A DNA stretch of 64,000 bases from Amphiscolops sp. MND2022 (taxonomy: Eukaryota): the NCBI GenBank assembly GCA_964187785.1, contig OZ076409.1, positions 83,330,001 to 83,394,000 on the forward strand. Direction: 5' to 3'. Made by a program: the position numbers and the translations under genes. Positions 26,234 through 40,206 of the stretch are shown here, in pieces. Under the pieces are notes generated by a model that did no database searches, was not told the DNA's origin, and was given only the letters and a program-made list of their open reading frames with translations. The stretch's first letter is position 1. The number at the start of each line of letters is the position of its first letter.

Positions 26234-27528
26234 GACTTTTTTTATGCTGAATAATACTGAGTTGAAAAAGACTCAAACAGGATTTTTTTCTCTTCCTCAG
26301 TCACATCACAGTGATCTATTTTATATGGATGAAATTATTGAAATGTTTGAAGCAGTGTTCACTGTAAAAGGAATAGTAGGAAACAAACAAATAAACAAAT
26401 TATTTTCCTCGAGAAACAGGCTTACCGTTTTGTCGGAATTGACAACCATGGTCGACAACTTCTACAAAACTTTCGCTGCCTTCATAGGTAAAAAAGGAAC
26501 TAAAAGGTAACCACTAAACTAGATTTTAGATGAACTTGAAATGGATCACTCGTTTCCATTACCCCCCCCCCCCCGAAACTTCACATGCGGAAGTGAAAAT
26601 GAATCACCGTGCAAAGGTGGTCTTCTTTCAACGGTGACTGCCATCCAGGGTTCAATATAACGTTCTAAATATGTTTCCAAAAGATTACATCCTTTCCTAT
26701 TTTGTACTAAAATTAGGTTCCGACTGAAAATACCTGTAAAAATAATCTTAGTAGCGAGAGCCTTATTTTTAGAGCAGCAAAACATGTGACTTGATCTCCG
26801 AACCTCAGACAACGGTCCTTTTTAATGCTCTAGTGCTTTGTCAAATCGGGCTTCGATTGAGGGTGAAAAGCGAGGGTGAATTTTAATTGAATAGTTTAAA
26901 CAGCTTAAGAACAGTTGCGCAAATAAAATTCACCTTATCACAGATTTGAACTCATTTCGAACTTGGGATATTTAAATACTCTGAAAGCTCCGTATACAGT
27001 ATGAAAAGATTATGAAAACATTATTTGGATTTGTGTGGTTTTTATCTCCTATTAGTCAGCTGTCCTGCCCTCAATTTTCTAGAGGGTTATCTTACTATCT
27101 TGCAGCCGAATTTCTTCTTCTAATTTCCTGGGACACGCCTTCCAATCTGTTACAACAAATTGCGAAGAAGTCGCCTACAGAATTCTGAAAGGCAACATTC
27201 TTCTGCAACTGTTCAAGCAATACTAATTCTCGCTAAGCAACAAAAATCACAATTCTAACAAAAGTTGTATCATTAAGATTATCAATTAGAAGCTATCCAA
27301 GGATGATTCATCCTTCTAGATTTGGTTATTCTATTCCCCTAGGAGGAGTTAAACGGAGTAGCGTCACAAAATGTCTACTGCTGGTGATTGTTGGCGCGAC
27401 TCGGTGAAGAAGTTGATTCTCAATAATTCAGTTCCCAGTTTTGAAAACTGCCACAACACGAAACAGCTTTGGCAATAACGTAAGAAAGTTCGTGTACAAT
27501 ATGTTTATCCAGCTAATCAGTAAAAGTT

Positions 27529-28789
27529 CCCGGGTTTCCCTCCCATACAAAAACAAGTCAATCATACTCTGCCATCATACTCACAGCATGATTCCAAGCT
27601 GATCATACTCTGGACCATAAAGGTTTATGGTACCAGGCTGACCATACTCTGGACATGTATGGTCCAGTCTGTGATACGCCATGTTCCATAAAGAAGCAAA
27701 GGTTAAGGTTCCAGTCTGACCATATTCTGGGCCATATATGGTTCAATCTATGATCACCTGAAACAATAAATAGAACTTTTTCCTTTCCTCGATACAATTC
27801 AAAACTTGGGGAAATGTTAAGAAAAAAGGATAAATTTGTGGCTACTTTGCAACCGAATTTAGTTTCATGAAAATTTTTGATAAGAAAACAGGTTTTAGAG
27901 TCATTCAAGAGTTTATTGTGCTTCGCTTCACTTTTTTTGAGACCCGAAGGAGGCCACATTCGTGTCGTACGTCTCGTCAAGTGCGATACTATAGTCTTAA
28001 ACGTCCAGAGCCACTATCGGAAAGTTACACAGGGAACACTAAAAAATCCGGAAATTTTTTGTAAATTCATATCTCCGTCTTTCTTTGAGCCTGTTTCAGC
28101 AGCCTTATAACTGCTGGAGATGGTGGTCATTGTCTCGGTTTGGGCAATGATTCAGCTCGAGGCTTTTCTGACGCCGTTATTGGCTACGGTTTTGCAATTG
28201 ATAGAACAATTAAATCGGTGCATCCCTAAATAAACAGCATAAGGACACTTCAATCAAACTTTATACCTTGCTAACAAAAAATTTCAATGTCTAACAACAT
28301 AAATCTGCAAAACTGTTGATTTTTGTTTACTTCCTTTGAGATTTTTTTTCTGGCCAAATAGAATTTTGCAATGAAATTTTTCTTGGGAAAATGACTTTCT
28401 TGATAAGATCTTACCATGACATCTTGCCAAGATCTTACAAAGATATCCATGGAGGGTCGACCCGGGTATGTATTTCACGAGCTGAGCGCCTCCCTTCGTG
28501 CACAAGTGGTTGCCATGTCCGACATTTATCTGATTATAATTGAACTTTTAGGTTTTTAGGATTTCAGGTTGTCCATACTCTGGACCATTTATGATTTCAG
28601 GCTGTCCATACTCTGAACCATATATGGTTCCATACTGGACCATAAAAGTTTACGGTTTCAGGCTGACGATACTCTTGACCATATATGATTCCAGGCCGAT
28701 CATGGCAAGATCATAGTGAGGAAATTTGTAAGATTTGTATGGTGTCATAATATCGTCAGAATATGAGCGGCCTGGTCGGGAAACCGGGG
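27529..28789. mobile_element. Non-autonomous TIR element with internal CCATACTCTGGACCATA repeats
   Basis: Termini CCCGGGTTTCCC / GGGAAACCGGGG. Degenerate ~30-bp repeats at 27600-27750 and 28570-28700. Confidence 0.45.
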
Positions 28790-30651
28790 TTGAACAAAAG
28801 TTGCGCTGAAATTGAAATCATTGTTTAAAGGTCCTACCTTAAAATTGATATGATAGTTTAAAAACATGCAATTTCCAGAATCCCACTATTAAATTGATCA
28901 ATCGAAAGAGTAGTTACATTACTTGGCATTGCAAAATGTGAGTCCTTTTTTTGGTCTGTATTGGCAAACTCGAGCTATACAATTTTGAGGTTAAAAAATG
29001 TCAAATGCTGAGGTTGAAAAATTGTACATCTAGTTTCTACGCGAATTTAGGCAAGTTGTAGGTCCCTTTCGTATTAATTTCTAACTTAATTCAAGCTGAT
29101 ATCACGAGCGATGTCCAGGATACGGTCGACCATGCAAAATCTTTGGGTTGTTAGCAAACTTAACACAGGTTAGTTACAGACTGAGCGAGAATAAAACCAG
29201 TTTTTGCGAATCAGAGATTGAATGGATCGATAATGAAGTCCACGAAATCAGTTTCAGACCTTTTTCAAAAATGAAATACCAGGAAATAATTTCAAACACC
29301 TTATAACAACAAAGAATAAACAATCTTCCGAGATCGAGTCAGTGCCTGATCAAAACAATTAAACTTTTCAGCTGAAATCGTCAGAATGAAATATGTGGTA
29401 GACAGAAAAACAAATAATGAGCATGAACGCTCAAGCAAACTTAAAGTAATGAAACCCTCCGTGGGTTGTCCATTTGGGTTGTGGAGCGTAGGTTGTTTTC
29501 TTCCATGGAGGCATCCCGGGCCTTACAGACTCACCAGATCATAGTCGTTTAATACCCTTAGCTGAGGTGAAGACTCATTACAGTGCATAGGCAAGCTATT
29601 TTGCTGCTTGTCGTGGAATCCGGGACACGAAAATTGAGACAGTGCATACAGCTAAGCATTTGTTACTGGAATCCGTGGATTCCGGGAATATGACGTAATT
29701 TGCCAATTTTCCACGGTTAAAGGTATGGCCGTGGAATCCGAGGTATTGAAAGCACAAAATTGTGCTTTGAGCAAATTTAGCTTGCCTATGCACTCTAATG
29801 CTCTTGAATTGAGGCTCTGTCTGGAAACTGGAATGGTTGTTTGGATGGTGCCCACGGCTGTCCACGCGTTCGGTCTGACGAGTTTGGTAGAAAGGTTCCC
29901 GTGTCTGAGCGTGATAGAGGTTTTGCGCGATGTCCAGAAAAATGAAACAGTCAAAGCATTCTTTGCAATGCGTGTTCACAGAATGAACGCGGTGGTCTTC
30001 CAGGTCTATGGCCAGTTGGTCGTTTTTGGCTGAACCACCAGGCCGTCCCGTTGTAAAGCGCGGTGGGTCAATCGGAAGTTGTACAAAATTTGCGACAACA
30101 ACTCTGGAGTGCGCTACCGGAACTAACAATGTCCTCTTTGGGCTTCTCCAAAGTCAAACCTTTGAGGCTCAGTAGAGTCAGAAATGTTGACCCCTATCGG
30201 CAATTGTTTTGAACCGTGGAAATTGTCCCGTTCACACACAGGAACAACTATCTAATTTCTCTTTCGAGTATTGAAGTCGGAGAAGTGGAAGTTATAAAGT
30301 GTCAAAGATGTCATTTTTTCGACTATATTCTGAGAGTTTGTCAAAATACGTGTCCTGCAACAGTCAAAATTAAAATTGAGAGCATATAAAGAGTTTTGAT
30401 TGGTTGATAAGGACATTCAGTACATAGGAAGACGATTGTTCGATTTTTCATTCTTAGTACTGAAAAAATTACCCCCACTGAACGGACCGAATCAAGAAGT
30501 CCAATTGAATTTCATCATACTAACCGAGGAACAAAACCAATAATGCGTACTATACCGTAAGATGATTTCCTATTAACAGAACAGTATTCAATTATGGTGT
30601 CAGCAATACTTCAAGTCCAATGGAACGAAAATCAACTTCTTAAATATTTCT

Positions 30652-31010
30652 TGTTTCTGCGTTCGCAATTAGATTAAATTAAATTTAGCGAATAACAAGG
30701 CAGTTTGGCTAAATAGGATGCGCGTTAGACTTTCAACCATTAGAGTGTAGTTTCGAATCCCGGCAACCGAAAATTGTTTCGTAAAATTATATTTTGCAAA
30801 ATACATAGTAAAAATAATGCTTTTGACTTTCGAACATTGCTATCTCGAAATCTGATGTCATAGTTTGATCATTTATGTTCATGAATTTTTGGTTTCTTTG
30901 TTGCGGGATTCTTCAGATGAGTCATTGTACCTACATATTGTTTCGTTTTTCGTTAACCTTCATTGTTAATCTTCATTGAATACAAATTTTAGCCATCTAA
31001 AGATTTTATA
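30652..31010 (+). repeat. BEL/Pao 5' LTR
   Basis: Colinear with 39840-40203 (TGCGTTCGCAAT...AGCCATCTAAA.ATTTTATA). Followed by the putative PBS TGGTGGCCATAGAGAGG. Confidence 0.85.
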
Positions 31011-32104
31011 TGGTGGCCATAGAGAGGCATTTTTTTGACTTTTTGACTCTCAAAGCACTCATTATTCCCAAAACTATAGCTTCGAACAACCAAAATGTGC
31101 CAAGTTATCTTATTCTGAAGCAGTAAACGATGTCATTAAATTTGAATTTCTCAAAATCGGACCGACCCACCCCCCTCGTGCTGAGGGAAACCCCCTATTG
31201 AATAACGAAACTGACCAATCATCAACAGCTGACAGTCTATTTGATGGGGTACCCAGCCAATCAGGAAGAGCGGCGTATGATAAAGACTTTCTGAACGAGA
31301 TGCTTCTTTGAGGACACCACATCCGGGCAAAGTTGAGGAAAACGGCGGAAACAGGCGACACCTCAGTAAAAGTCCGGAAGTTTGAGATAAAGAAAGACTC
31401 AAACTAGAAGCTTCGGAGGGTAAATCCAAAGATTTTGGCGTCACATCAAAATCGACTGGAGGTTTGTGAATCCGTTGTTACTTGTGAATCGATTGTATTT
31501 GGTTTAAACGATTTGCAGTAATTATTCATAAATTAGATATGATAATGGTGATTTTTCTAATAGTGAAAGATTTTTTAAATAAAATGCCCATGTAATGATT
31601 TGTAATGTTCTAATTGTCCTATCGGGAACAAACTTTCAAACTAGTTATTTCCAAAAAAAGTGGTTCAAAACTTAAATCTATTCCGCTCAAACAAATGAAT
31701 TTCGTGAAAATGCGTTATCTAAAATTATAATACCTGAGATTTCTTGCATTTCATGTGTTGATTTGACATTGTTACTTTAATTTTGAGGTCAATTGAATAA
31801 AAAGTTTGATTCTTCATAAAAAACTGATGGGCACTAAAATTTGTATTTGTTGTTGTGCTAATACTCCCGAGATCGCAAACCTTCAAACATTTTGAAGTCT
31901 CTAATCTTTTTTTAATCACCCCTTGAAGTTCCGAAAAAAAATTCGAGTGGTTGAATAGTGAAACAGAGAAAAAACCACGGGTTTTGGGAAACTCTTCAGT
32001 AGTTCAATTTGAGCAAACTATTGTAAAAAAAGGTGAGTCTTTGATACTTCAATGTTGTGAAAAATTTTTGATGTTCTTTCGAAAAAAAAACAAAAAACAC
32101 ACGC

Positions 32105-32719
32105 ATGGTATTCATCTTAGCTGCTAGCTCTTCACACCATGCTTTTGAAACTTTAACCCCCGAAGAAAAAAAAATGTTATAAAGATAAACTCTATTCTGT
32201 CCAGGCCTGAGCCTGAATCCAAATACAAAAAATCATCGAAAAATTGGTCAAAACTTGCTTGCAAAGGATCTCAAAGAGAGAAAAGACATAGTTATATGGC
32301 ATGACGTTTTGAATAACAGCATTTCTCGTCATTATAGTAACAATTTCCAAGCTTTAACTGTGCCGCAATTGATTGATGTGCTGGAAGGCCTTCAAGACAA
32401 ACTCAGCGCTCTGGTTTATTGCCAACGTTTTCGAACGCCGTACATTTTTGATGCTTTGTATGTATTGAAAATCGATCAAAACTTCGAAGTATTCAGTATC
32501 GTGAAAGATTTCATTTCGTCGAAAAAAGAAAAGGATCCGGAATTTTTGAAACAATACAAGGCTTTACACCAGAGTCCTGAGCTTGATTTGAAAAGTCTTG
32601 ACTTCATTTTACGTAAAGAGAGTCAACTTTCGGCCATCACTGACAAAAGCCGTCCGAGGAGGCTTAGCAAACGTGACCGAAACGCTATCAAAAAGGCATC
32701 TTTGCATCCCTCGCAGTAA
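32105..32719 (+). pseudogene. Extra ORF upstream of BEL gag with SGNH/GDSL-fold-like block pattern
   Basis: ATG at 32105 with frameshift(s) near an A-run. Blocks VFILAASS / PGLSL / IVIWHDVLNNSI / YKALHQS fall in SGNH order, but the catalytic consensus is degenerate. Confidence 0.45.
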
Positions 32720-33381
32720 AACCCCGTTTTCTCTTGACTGTGGAGACAAAGTCCAGACTTCACTGTCTGGTTGAAGTTTCCACAGGTTGTTGCTTGTTTC
32801 GGAGTTGTGTCCAGACTTAGTTGTCTGGTTGATACTCTGTAAACTTATTCACCCCTTCCTCTCAACTTTATAACGGGGTCCAATTTTTATTGATTGGTCG
32901 AAATTGAGCTAACAATAAGACTTCAACTTTCCTCAAGTACTAGGAATAAATTTCTAGGAAAATTCCGGGCCCACAATTAATTTTTCCGATAGTTACCTTT
33001 AACAATCAATTGCTTTTAGAGTATTAACCTTTTTTGTTTAATTTATGATTTTATAATTCAGTTTTCGTCTCTCATTGTTAAAACAGTGTCCCGACTTGAT
33101 TGTCCGGTAGAAATCCTGCCAGTTCACCGCCCCTTAAAAGCATCTCAGATTGAGATCTCGTTTTAAACGAACCTTTAAGTTCTTCGTCGTCGTCCTCGTA
33201 GTCCGTGATTACATTTCAATCCGAAACAAACAAAATTGTTTGTTTCTCCGACCCATCCCATTATTTGACACTTAATCTCTTGGCTGTGTCCAAACTTCAC
33301 TGTTTGGTTGACGCTCGAAGGGATTTGATCAATTACGACCCACTTGACAGTTTCATCTCGAAAATCACACTGATTTGATCA

Positions 33382-36300
33382 ATGGTTGAACTGCAAATGG
33401 CGAATCCGCTACAGGAAAAAGTTCAAAAGTGCATTGAGAGTCGTCTTAATGCTGAAACCGAGCTGAAGAAGGTCCAAACTGATATTGTAAACGCTGTTGA
33501 ACATTCAGCGCGCCTTGCTCGCGTAGTGCGATTAGTTGAGTCTTGCGAAGCAGCATTGTCAAAGGCCTTCGCTAAAACTGAGAAACTTTTAGAGCTGACT
33601 AAGAAGTCCAATGATCCGACAATGACAACTGTAGACCTGGAGAAATGGTTAGGTGATGTTACTGCGGAAAATGATGCAATCCTGAAGAAAGCAAGAGACT
33701 ACATTGATCAATGCCCAGATCACGACAAAATTTTCCAGAGTTCACGTCAGACAACTACGGTCAAGTGTAAGTCCAGCAAAGGTACCAGCTCCAAAATATC
33801 AAAGAACTCTAGTCAACGGCAACGCGATGTCATAATTGCTCAACAACGACGTGAAGAGATTGAGAGACAGAATGAAGCCACCCTACGCCTGGCGAAGCAG
33901 AAACAACAGCTCGAACTTGAACAGCAAGAACTACAACTGCAGAAATTGCAAAAGGAACAGGCTTTGAGGGTTGAAAAACTAGAAGAAGAAAATTCCCGGA
34001 AATAAGCCGAAGCCACCTTAGCCGAAATGGAACTTCGAGATGACTTGTCGGATGCTAATGATGACTTTCATGAAAGTTTGTCGCGCTTGGGCGATTCAAG
34101 CGAAGGAAAGGAGACAGCGAGGATCAATAGTTGGGTCAACAAATCCCAAAGCGGAGCCGAAACTGAGATGCAGCCCAGCATTGGAGCTCAAGCCACAACA
34201 GCCCCAATTAACACCCTCGGAGTCCAACCAACACCTCAAAGTCTCCCCGTCGACGTTATCGCCCCTGCTCCGGTAACAGTTCAACCAAGAATACAGGAAG
34301 TGAATCCCACGACGACGACTCAAAGAGCGACCATCCACAACCAAGTTTTGCTGCCGCCGCCACCACATGTACTCTTTAACCCATCACTCACAGTGCCAGT
34401 GAGCCATGTGGTTCCGAACATGTCTGCCTCGACAATTCAACTGCAATCAACAACCCTTCCACACATTCAAGCCCGCATTTACCATCAAGCCAACTGAATA
34501 ATGTGACAACAACGAATGTAACATCGAATAGTGCCCCGGCTCTGCCAGTGAAAGTCATGCCCGTTAGATGTAGAGGAACAGTTTTTTACGTACCGCCCCC
34601 AGTTGTTGCAACACCACCCGTTGCCGGTAAAACGACTCATTCATCATCTTTGTTGCCAAGTGCGAGCGCCGCTCAATTCGTCCCACCTTCTCTTACCACA
34701 GCACCGCCTACGAGCTCTGCAAGTTTGACACTACATGAAGTCGCACAGCTGCTAGCGTCAACTAAGAAAGATCATCTACCAGAGTGGAAACTGTCACAGT
34801 ACAGCGGAGATCCTGTTCAATGGCACGAGTGGTTCGGACAGATCATGAGCGCCATTGACTCTGCTTCTCTGTCAGATGACGTCAAGCTGACCTACCTCAA
34901 AACGTTGGTTGCCGGGAAGGCCAAAGTCGCCTATCTATGTACAAAGATGCTCTCAAAACACTTGAGCGCAAATTTGGACAACCCCAGGCAGTAGTGACTG
35001 CATACTTGGATAAACTCGCGAATGTCCCACCGGGGAAAATGCACAACAGCAAGAGCATCACAAGCTACTCCGCAACTCTCAGTTCGTTAGTTGGTGTATT
35101 CCGATCACTCAACTACAACCAAGACCTGTCAAGTGCATCTCTAGTCGGTCAAGCAGTTCAGAAGCTCCCGCCTAACATGAAGCAGGCATGGTCAATGCAC
35201 ACCGTGAAGCGTAGTTTACATCGACCAACACTTCAATGAGTGGTTGAAAGATAAGGCTGAAGCTCACAAACGAATGAAGACTGCATCTGGCAAACCAAAG
35301 TCGGACGAAAATCCCCAACCAAGTGTCAACAAAACCAAGACAACATCTTCGCGGCAACGACATCAACGAAAAAACAAAGCAACAGTTCAAAACTGAAGTT
35401 CCCGACAAACTGCCAATTAATTGTGCAGCGTGTAAAGAGCAACATCTACTGTAGAAATGTCTGGTGTTTTGCAAGAAAACTCCCACAGAAAGAGCAAAAC
35501 TAGTTGCCGACAACAAACTTTGCTTTTCGTGTTTCAACACCAATCATGCTTTCCGCAGCAACCGCGCAAATGTAGTAAAGAGGGCTGTGAAAGATTTCAC
35601 AACACGTTTCTACACGGAGCCGACCGGATCTTCCCGAGCAAGAACCAAGTAACGAAGCAACGAAATCCTGAAACTTCCACTTGCATCGGAAAAACGAAAA
35701 TAAAGTACCAGGTCAAAGAAAGCTCGGGTTTAGCTTCCGTGACCAATGTTAAAGGCCTTCTTCAACTTACCGAAGTTGAGTTGCATTCTGCTTGGGAGTT
35801 GAAGAAAGTTTAAGCTCTTTGCGACTCAGCCTGTAGCCATACTTGATTTTCCGCAAGCTTGGCTAGCAAATTGAAAGTCCAAGGAATACCGACAAAACTG
35901 ACCGTTCATGGAATCAACTCCTAGCAAGTTGTTGATACGCAAATGGTAGAACTCAAGTTGACACCGGTTCATTCAGGTGGCTCTTGTTCTCCCTTTAAAT
36001 CAAACCTTACGTGAGGGACAACCTCAGCGTAGGCACCAATACTATCGACGTGGACAACATAAAAACCAAGTACCCTCACTTAGAACCAGTACCTTTACAC
36101 AAGTACAGCTACGCCGACGTTGACATGATCCTGGGTCAGGACGTGTTTCACTTTATCCGCCCGCTGGAGTATTTTGATTCCGACTGCAAAATTGCTCCAG
36201 TTGCCGTCCGTCTTCCGTTGGGTTGGGTATTAGGTGGACCTCTTCCAACAACTTCAGGATTGTTCTCAACGTGCTTCAAGGCTGTTACGAGTATAAAGAC

Positions 36301-39300
36301 GCCGACTCTGAGCTCGTTGACCAACTCCGCAGCTGGTATGATATGGAATCATATGGAGCGATGAAACAAGTGGACTCTCATTCCGCAGCCGACGCGAGAG
36401 CGGAGAAGATTCTTGATGAAACGACTTACCACGATGGGACTCGGTATCAAGTGGGCATGCTATGGGCTGACGATGAAAGTAGCTTGCCGAACCACTACTT
36501 TTCGGCTCTCGTTCAGCTGAAATCTTTAGAACGCCGTCTAGGGAAAGACGTTGACTTGAGAGAAGGATACTCAAAAAACATCCAACACGTCTATCCGAAA
36601 GGTTATATAGTGAGCGTTGAAAAGAATGACTGCTTCACAGTTACTAACCCCAGTTAATGGTATCTCCCGCACCACCCGGTCATCCGTCCGAATAAACCAG
36701 GTAAAGTTCGACGAGTGTTGAATGGCACGGCCGAATTTCAAGGCTCCTCCGTGAACAATGCACTTTTAACGTGACCAGATCTTCTACAAAGCCTCATTCA
36801 TACCCTGATTCGATTTCAACAATACTCATACGCTGTGTCTGCGGACATTGAAGGAATGTTTCTCCTAGTTGGGGTAATTCCAGACGACAGGCCGTCACTT
36901 CGTTTCTTGTGGCACGAGATCCAGCTGCAGAAGTTGCTGTGTTCCAGTACGTTCGCCATATCTTTGGATCAAAAAACTCTCCCACCTGTGCGAACTATGC
37001 CATGAGACGAACAGCAACTGACAATGCATCCCAGTTCCCCGAAGCCGCCCAAAGCGTCATCAACACCTTCTACGTGGATGACTACTTAGAATCCAGCACA
37101 ACCATTGAAGAAGCTGCCCGAAAAGCTAAAGATCTGCTTAAATTGCTTTCACTATGTGGTTTCAAACTGACAAAGTTCGTCTCAAACGTGCCTACTATCC
37201 CGCCACAAGTAGAAACCAACTCCACATCACCAACTGAAACAAAAGAAATCCCGAGCACCGAAGAATCGTCACATGTGTTGGGGTTAAAGTGGAACCACAG
37301 TAGCGACACTCTTCTAGTCAGTTGTGGTACGAACCCTGAAGTCAAAACGAAAGTTCTTCAAAGAATCCGTTTTGAGTTTAGTCTCTTCAGTGCACGATCC
37401 GATCGGACTTGTCGCGCCGTATACCGTTAAAGCACGACTACTGCTAAAAGACATCTGGAGGTTAAGTGGACAACAATGGGATGACGACTTACCACCAGAA
37501 ATTGTATCCAAGTTCCTGACTGGAGTGAAGAACTACCAGGTCTTAGCGACATAGTCATTCCACGAGCCTCTTTCCAGGGAAAAGTCGAAACATTGGAACT
37601 TCACCTATTTGGCGATAGTTCACAAGATGTGTTCAGCGCTGTCGCTTTCCTACGTGCGAAGGTTGTCAAGAAAGAAAATCAAGAACAAACACAACTGGCC
37701 TTCTTATTTTGGAAAGACAGAGTGGCATCCATGAAAGCCCTGACAATCCCAAAACTTGAACTACAGGCCTAATAACTAGCCGAAAGGCTTCGAAAAGAAG
37801 TTGAGAAAGCACTGACACTGGAGATAAGCAAGGCTTTAATGTGGTCCGACAGCACAACTGTCTTGCAGTGGATACATTCTCTGGACCAACAGCCAGTCTT
37901 CGTTGCGAACCGCGTGGCGGAGATTTTGGATCTTACCGCGACCGACGAGTGGAATAACGTTAGATCCATTGAAAACCCCATCGATGCAGGCACGCGAAGC
38001 CTGTCAGCAAAAACATTGGTGAACAGCAGTTTGCTCAAAAGACCGGAGTTTCTGAAAACGTCCGACTTGCCATTCAAGCCATCAGAACATTCAAAATTTA
38101 AACTGAAAACTGACATTAACCTTAACGACCAGAATACAGAAAAGCCTAACCCCAAAAATGAGGTTGCTATCGGTTCTAATGCAGACATCAACACAACAAT
38201 TTTCGAGTGGCATAAGTATAGTTCCTTCGAGAAACTTTTGCGTGTTGTTGCCTACCTGATGCGTCTCATACCAGAAAGTGAGCCCTACCGCCCCGAGACA
38301 GGTACCATCACGGACCCAAGTGAACTTGAGAATGCACAAACGAAGCTTTTCTATCTGGTACAACTAGAATCATTCCCGTAGAAAAGAAGCTACTGCTGAA
38401 GAACTCCCCGCTCAGTGGTTCCTCTAAAATACTACACTTCTCCCCTTTCATTGGACCCAAAGGTTTACTTCGAGCAACTGGCAGAACAAAACAACTTGAC
38501 GTATCTAATTTTGACGCGAAGCAGCCCGCCTTACTGGACAGTCGCCATCCAGTTACACGTTTAGTCCTCGAACAATTACACCGATCACATTGTCATCAAG
38601 ATGTGGACTACTTGAGGGTGTTGGTGCAGCAACAGTTCGCCATCGCTAAGCTGAGAACCACCTTGAGATCAATAGTTCAGAGATGTGTAACTTGTCGCAA
38701 ACGTCGAGCTGAAACTATCAGTCCGATGATGGCTGACCTTCCACGAGAAAGACTTGCCTTCAAGGAGCCACCGTTTACCAACACTGGCGTAGACTTTCGT
38801 CCATTCTACGGTTCAGTAGAAAGATCGACTGAGAAAAGATGGGGATTCCTATTTGCTTGTTTGACTACACGAGCTGTACACTTCGAAGCTGTGCCCTCCA
38901 TGGACACTAGCAGCTGCGTAATGGGAATCGAGAGGCTTACGGCCCGCCGGGGTATCCCATCAGTTTTATGGTCGGACAACGGAACCAACTCTGTAGCCAG
39001 TGAAAAAGAACTACCGAACATTTCCAGTTGGAACCGACATGTCTTGTCTGAAACTCTCGTCAAGAAACGTTTTCTCTGGAAGCTCAACCCTCTGAGTGCC
39101 TCTCACCATGGAGGAATCTGGGAACGAGTGGTCAGAAGTTTCAAACACGTTTTCTACGCTGTTCTCGGGAACAGACTCTTAACTGACGAGATCTTGACAA
39201 CAACTTTTTGCCTTGTTGAGCAAAGTCCGAATGCACGACCGTTAGTACCAGCTAGCACTGATGCCACGGATTTGGACGCTGTGACGCCCAACTACTTTTT

Positions 39301-39674
39301 GCTATCAACTACGGGTTCCGTTTTTACCATCGCATCAGAGTGCTGAAGTTGACCATCGAAAACGTTATGTGCGTGCACAAGCATATTCTGATGCTATATG
39401 GCACCGATGGTTGAAAGAGTACGTTCATTCACTTAATAGACGTTCGAAATCGTGCAGCCCGTCGGAGAGACAGCTTAAGACCGGAGACCTAGTTTGGATC
39501 GTCGAGCCAACGAGTCCAAGAGGACACTATCCACTAGCCCGAGTTGTGAAGTTGAATTTTGGCAGTGATGCCATTGCACGTTCCGCTGAAGTAAAGGCCA
39601 GTACAGGTTGTCTTGTTGGTCCCGTTGTGAAGTTATGCCCCGTCCTACCTGTGCCTGATTCCGCATCATATTAG
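33382..39674 (+). pseudogene. gag-pol: BEL/Pao gag-pol polyprotein with many stops and frameshifts
   Basis: Coiled coil, DUF1759-like LPEWKLSQYSGDPVQWHEW, Cys/His knuckles and protease LCDSACS. RT WYLPHHPV / ADIEGMF / FYVDDYL. RNase H ELHLFGDSS / TIPKLELQA / WSDSTTVLQWI. Integrase TGVDF / WSDNGTN / GGIWERVVRSFK, then WHRWLKEY. Confidence 0.93.
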
Positions 39675-39839
39675 TTTCGTTATCTGCTCCCGAGAAATTG
39701 ATAGCATTTATTTAGCATGTATCACTGAAACAATATAACATTTAACATATAATCTGAAAACCCATATAAACCGTTTTGTCCATTTGAGAAAATTTTTTTT
39801 TGTTTTGAGAAAAAAATACTCATCTTTTAGCTACGAGGA

Positions 39840-40203
39840 TGTTGCGTTCGCAATAAGATTAAATTAAAATTAGCGAATAGCAAAGCACTTTGGCCAAATA
39901 GGATGCGCGTTAGACTTTCAACCATTAGAGTGTAGGTTCGAATCCCAGCAACCGAAAATTGTTTCGTAAAATTAAATTTTGCAATATACATAGTAAAAAA
40001 AATGCTTTTGACATTCGAATTTTGCTATCTTGAAATCTGATGTCATAGTTTGTCATTGAAATCATTTATGTTCATGAGTTTTTGGTTTCTTTGTTGCAGG
40101 ATTCTTCGGATGAGTCATTGTACTCACATTTTGTTTCGGTTTTCGTTAACTTTCATCGATAATCTTTATTGAATACAAACTTTAGCCATCTAAAAATTTT
40201 ATA
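39840..40203 (+). repeat. BEL/Pao 3' LTR
   Basis: Starts TGTTGCGTTCGC and matches the 5' LTR up to the point where the PBS begins there. The TSD cannot be read because of the gap. Confidence 0.85.
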
Positions 40204-40206
40204 TAT

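Larger units (their letters stand above)
30652..40203 (+). mobile_element. BEL/Pao LTR retrotransposon, ~9.55 kb, decayed
   Basis: Two similar ~360-bp LTRs (30652-31010 and 39840-40203), a TGG-starting PBS at 31011, and BEL-type gag-PR-RT-RH-IN order. Confidence 0.9.

Noticed and set aside
29596..30400. Possible LINE RT C-terminal relic on the minus strand (TKLVRPN...ALECIGK)
   Set aside because: Too degenerate; no YADD or PQG motif is recoverable with confidence.
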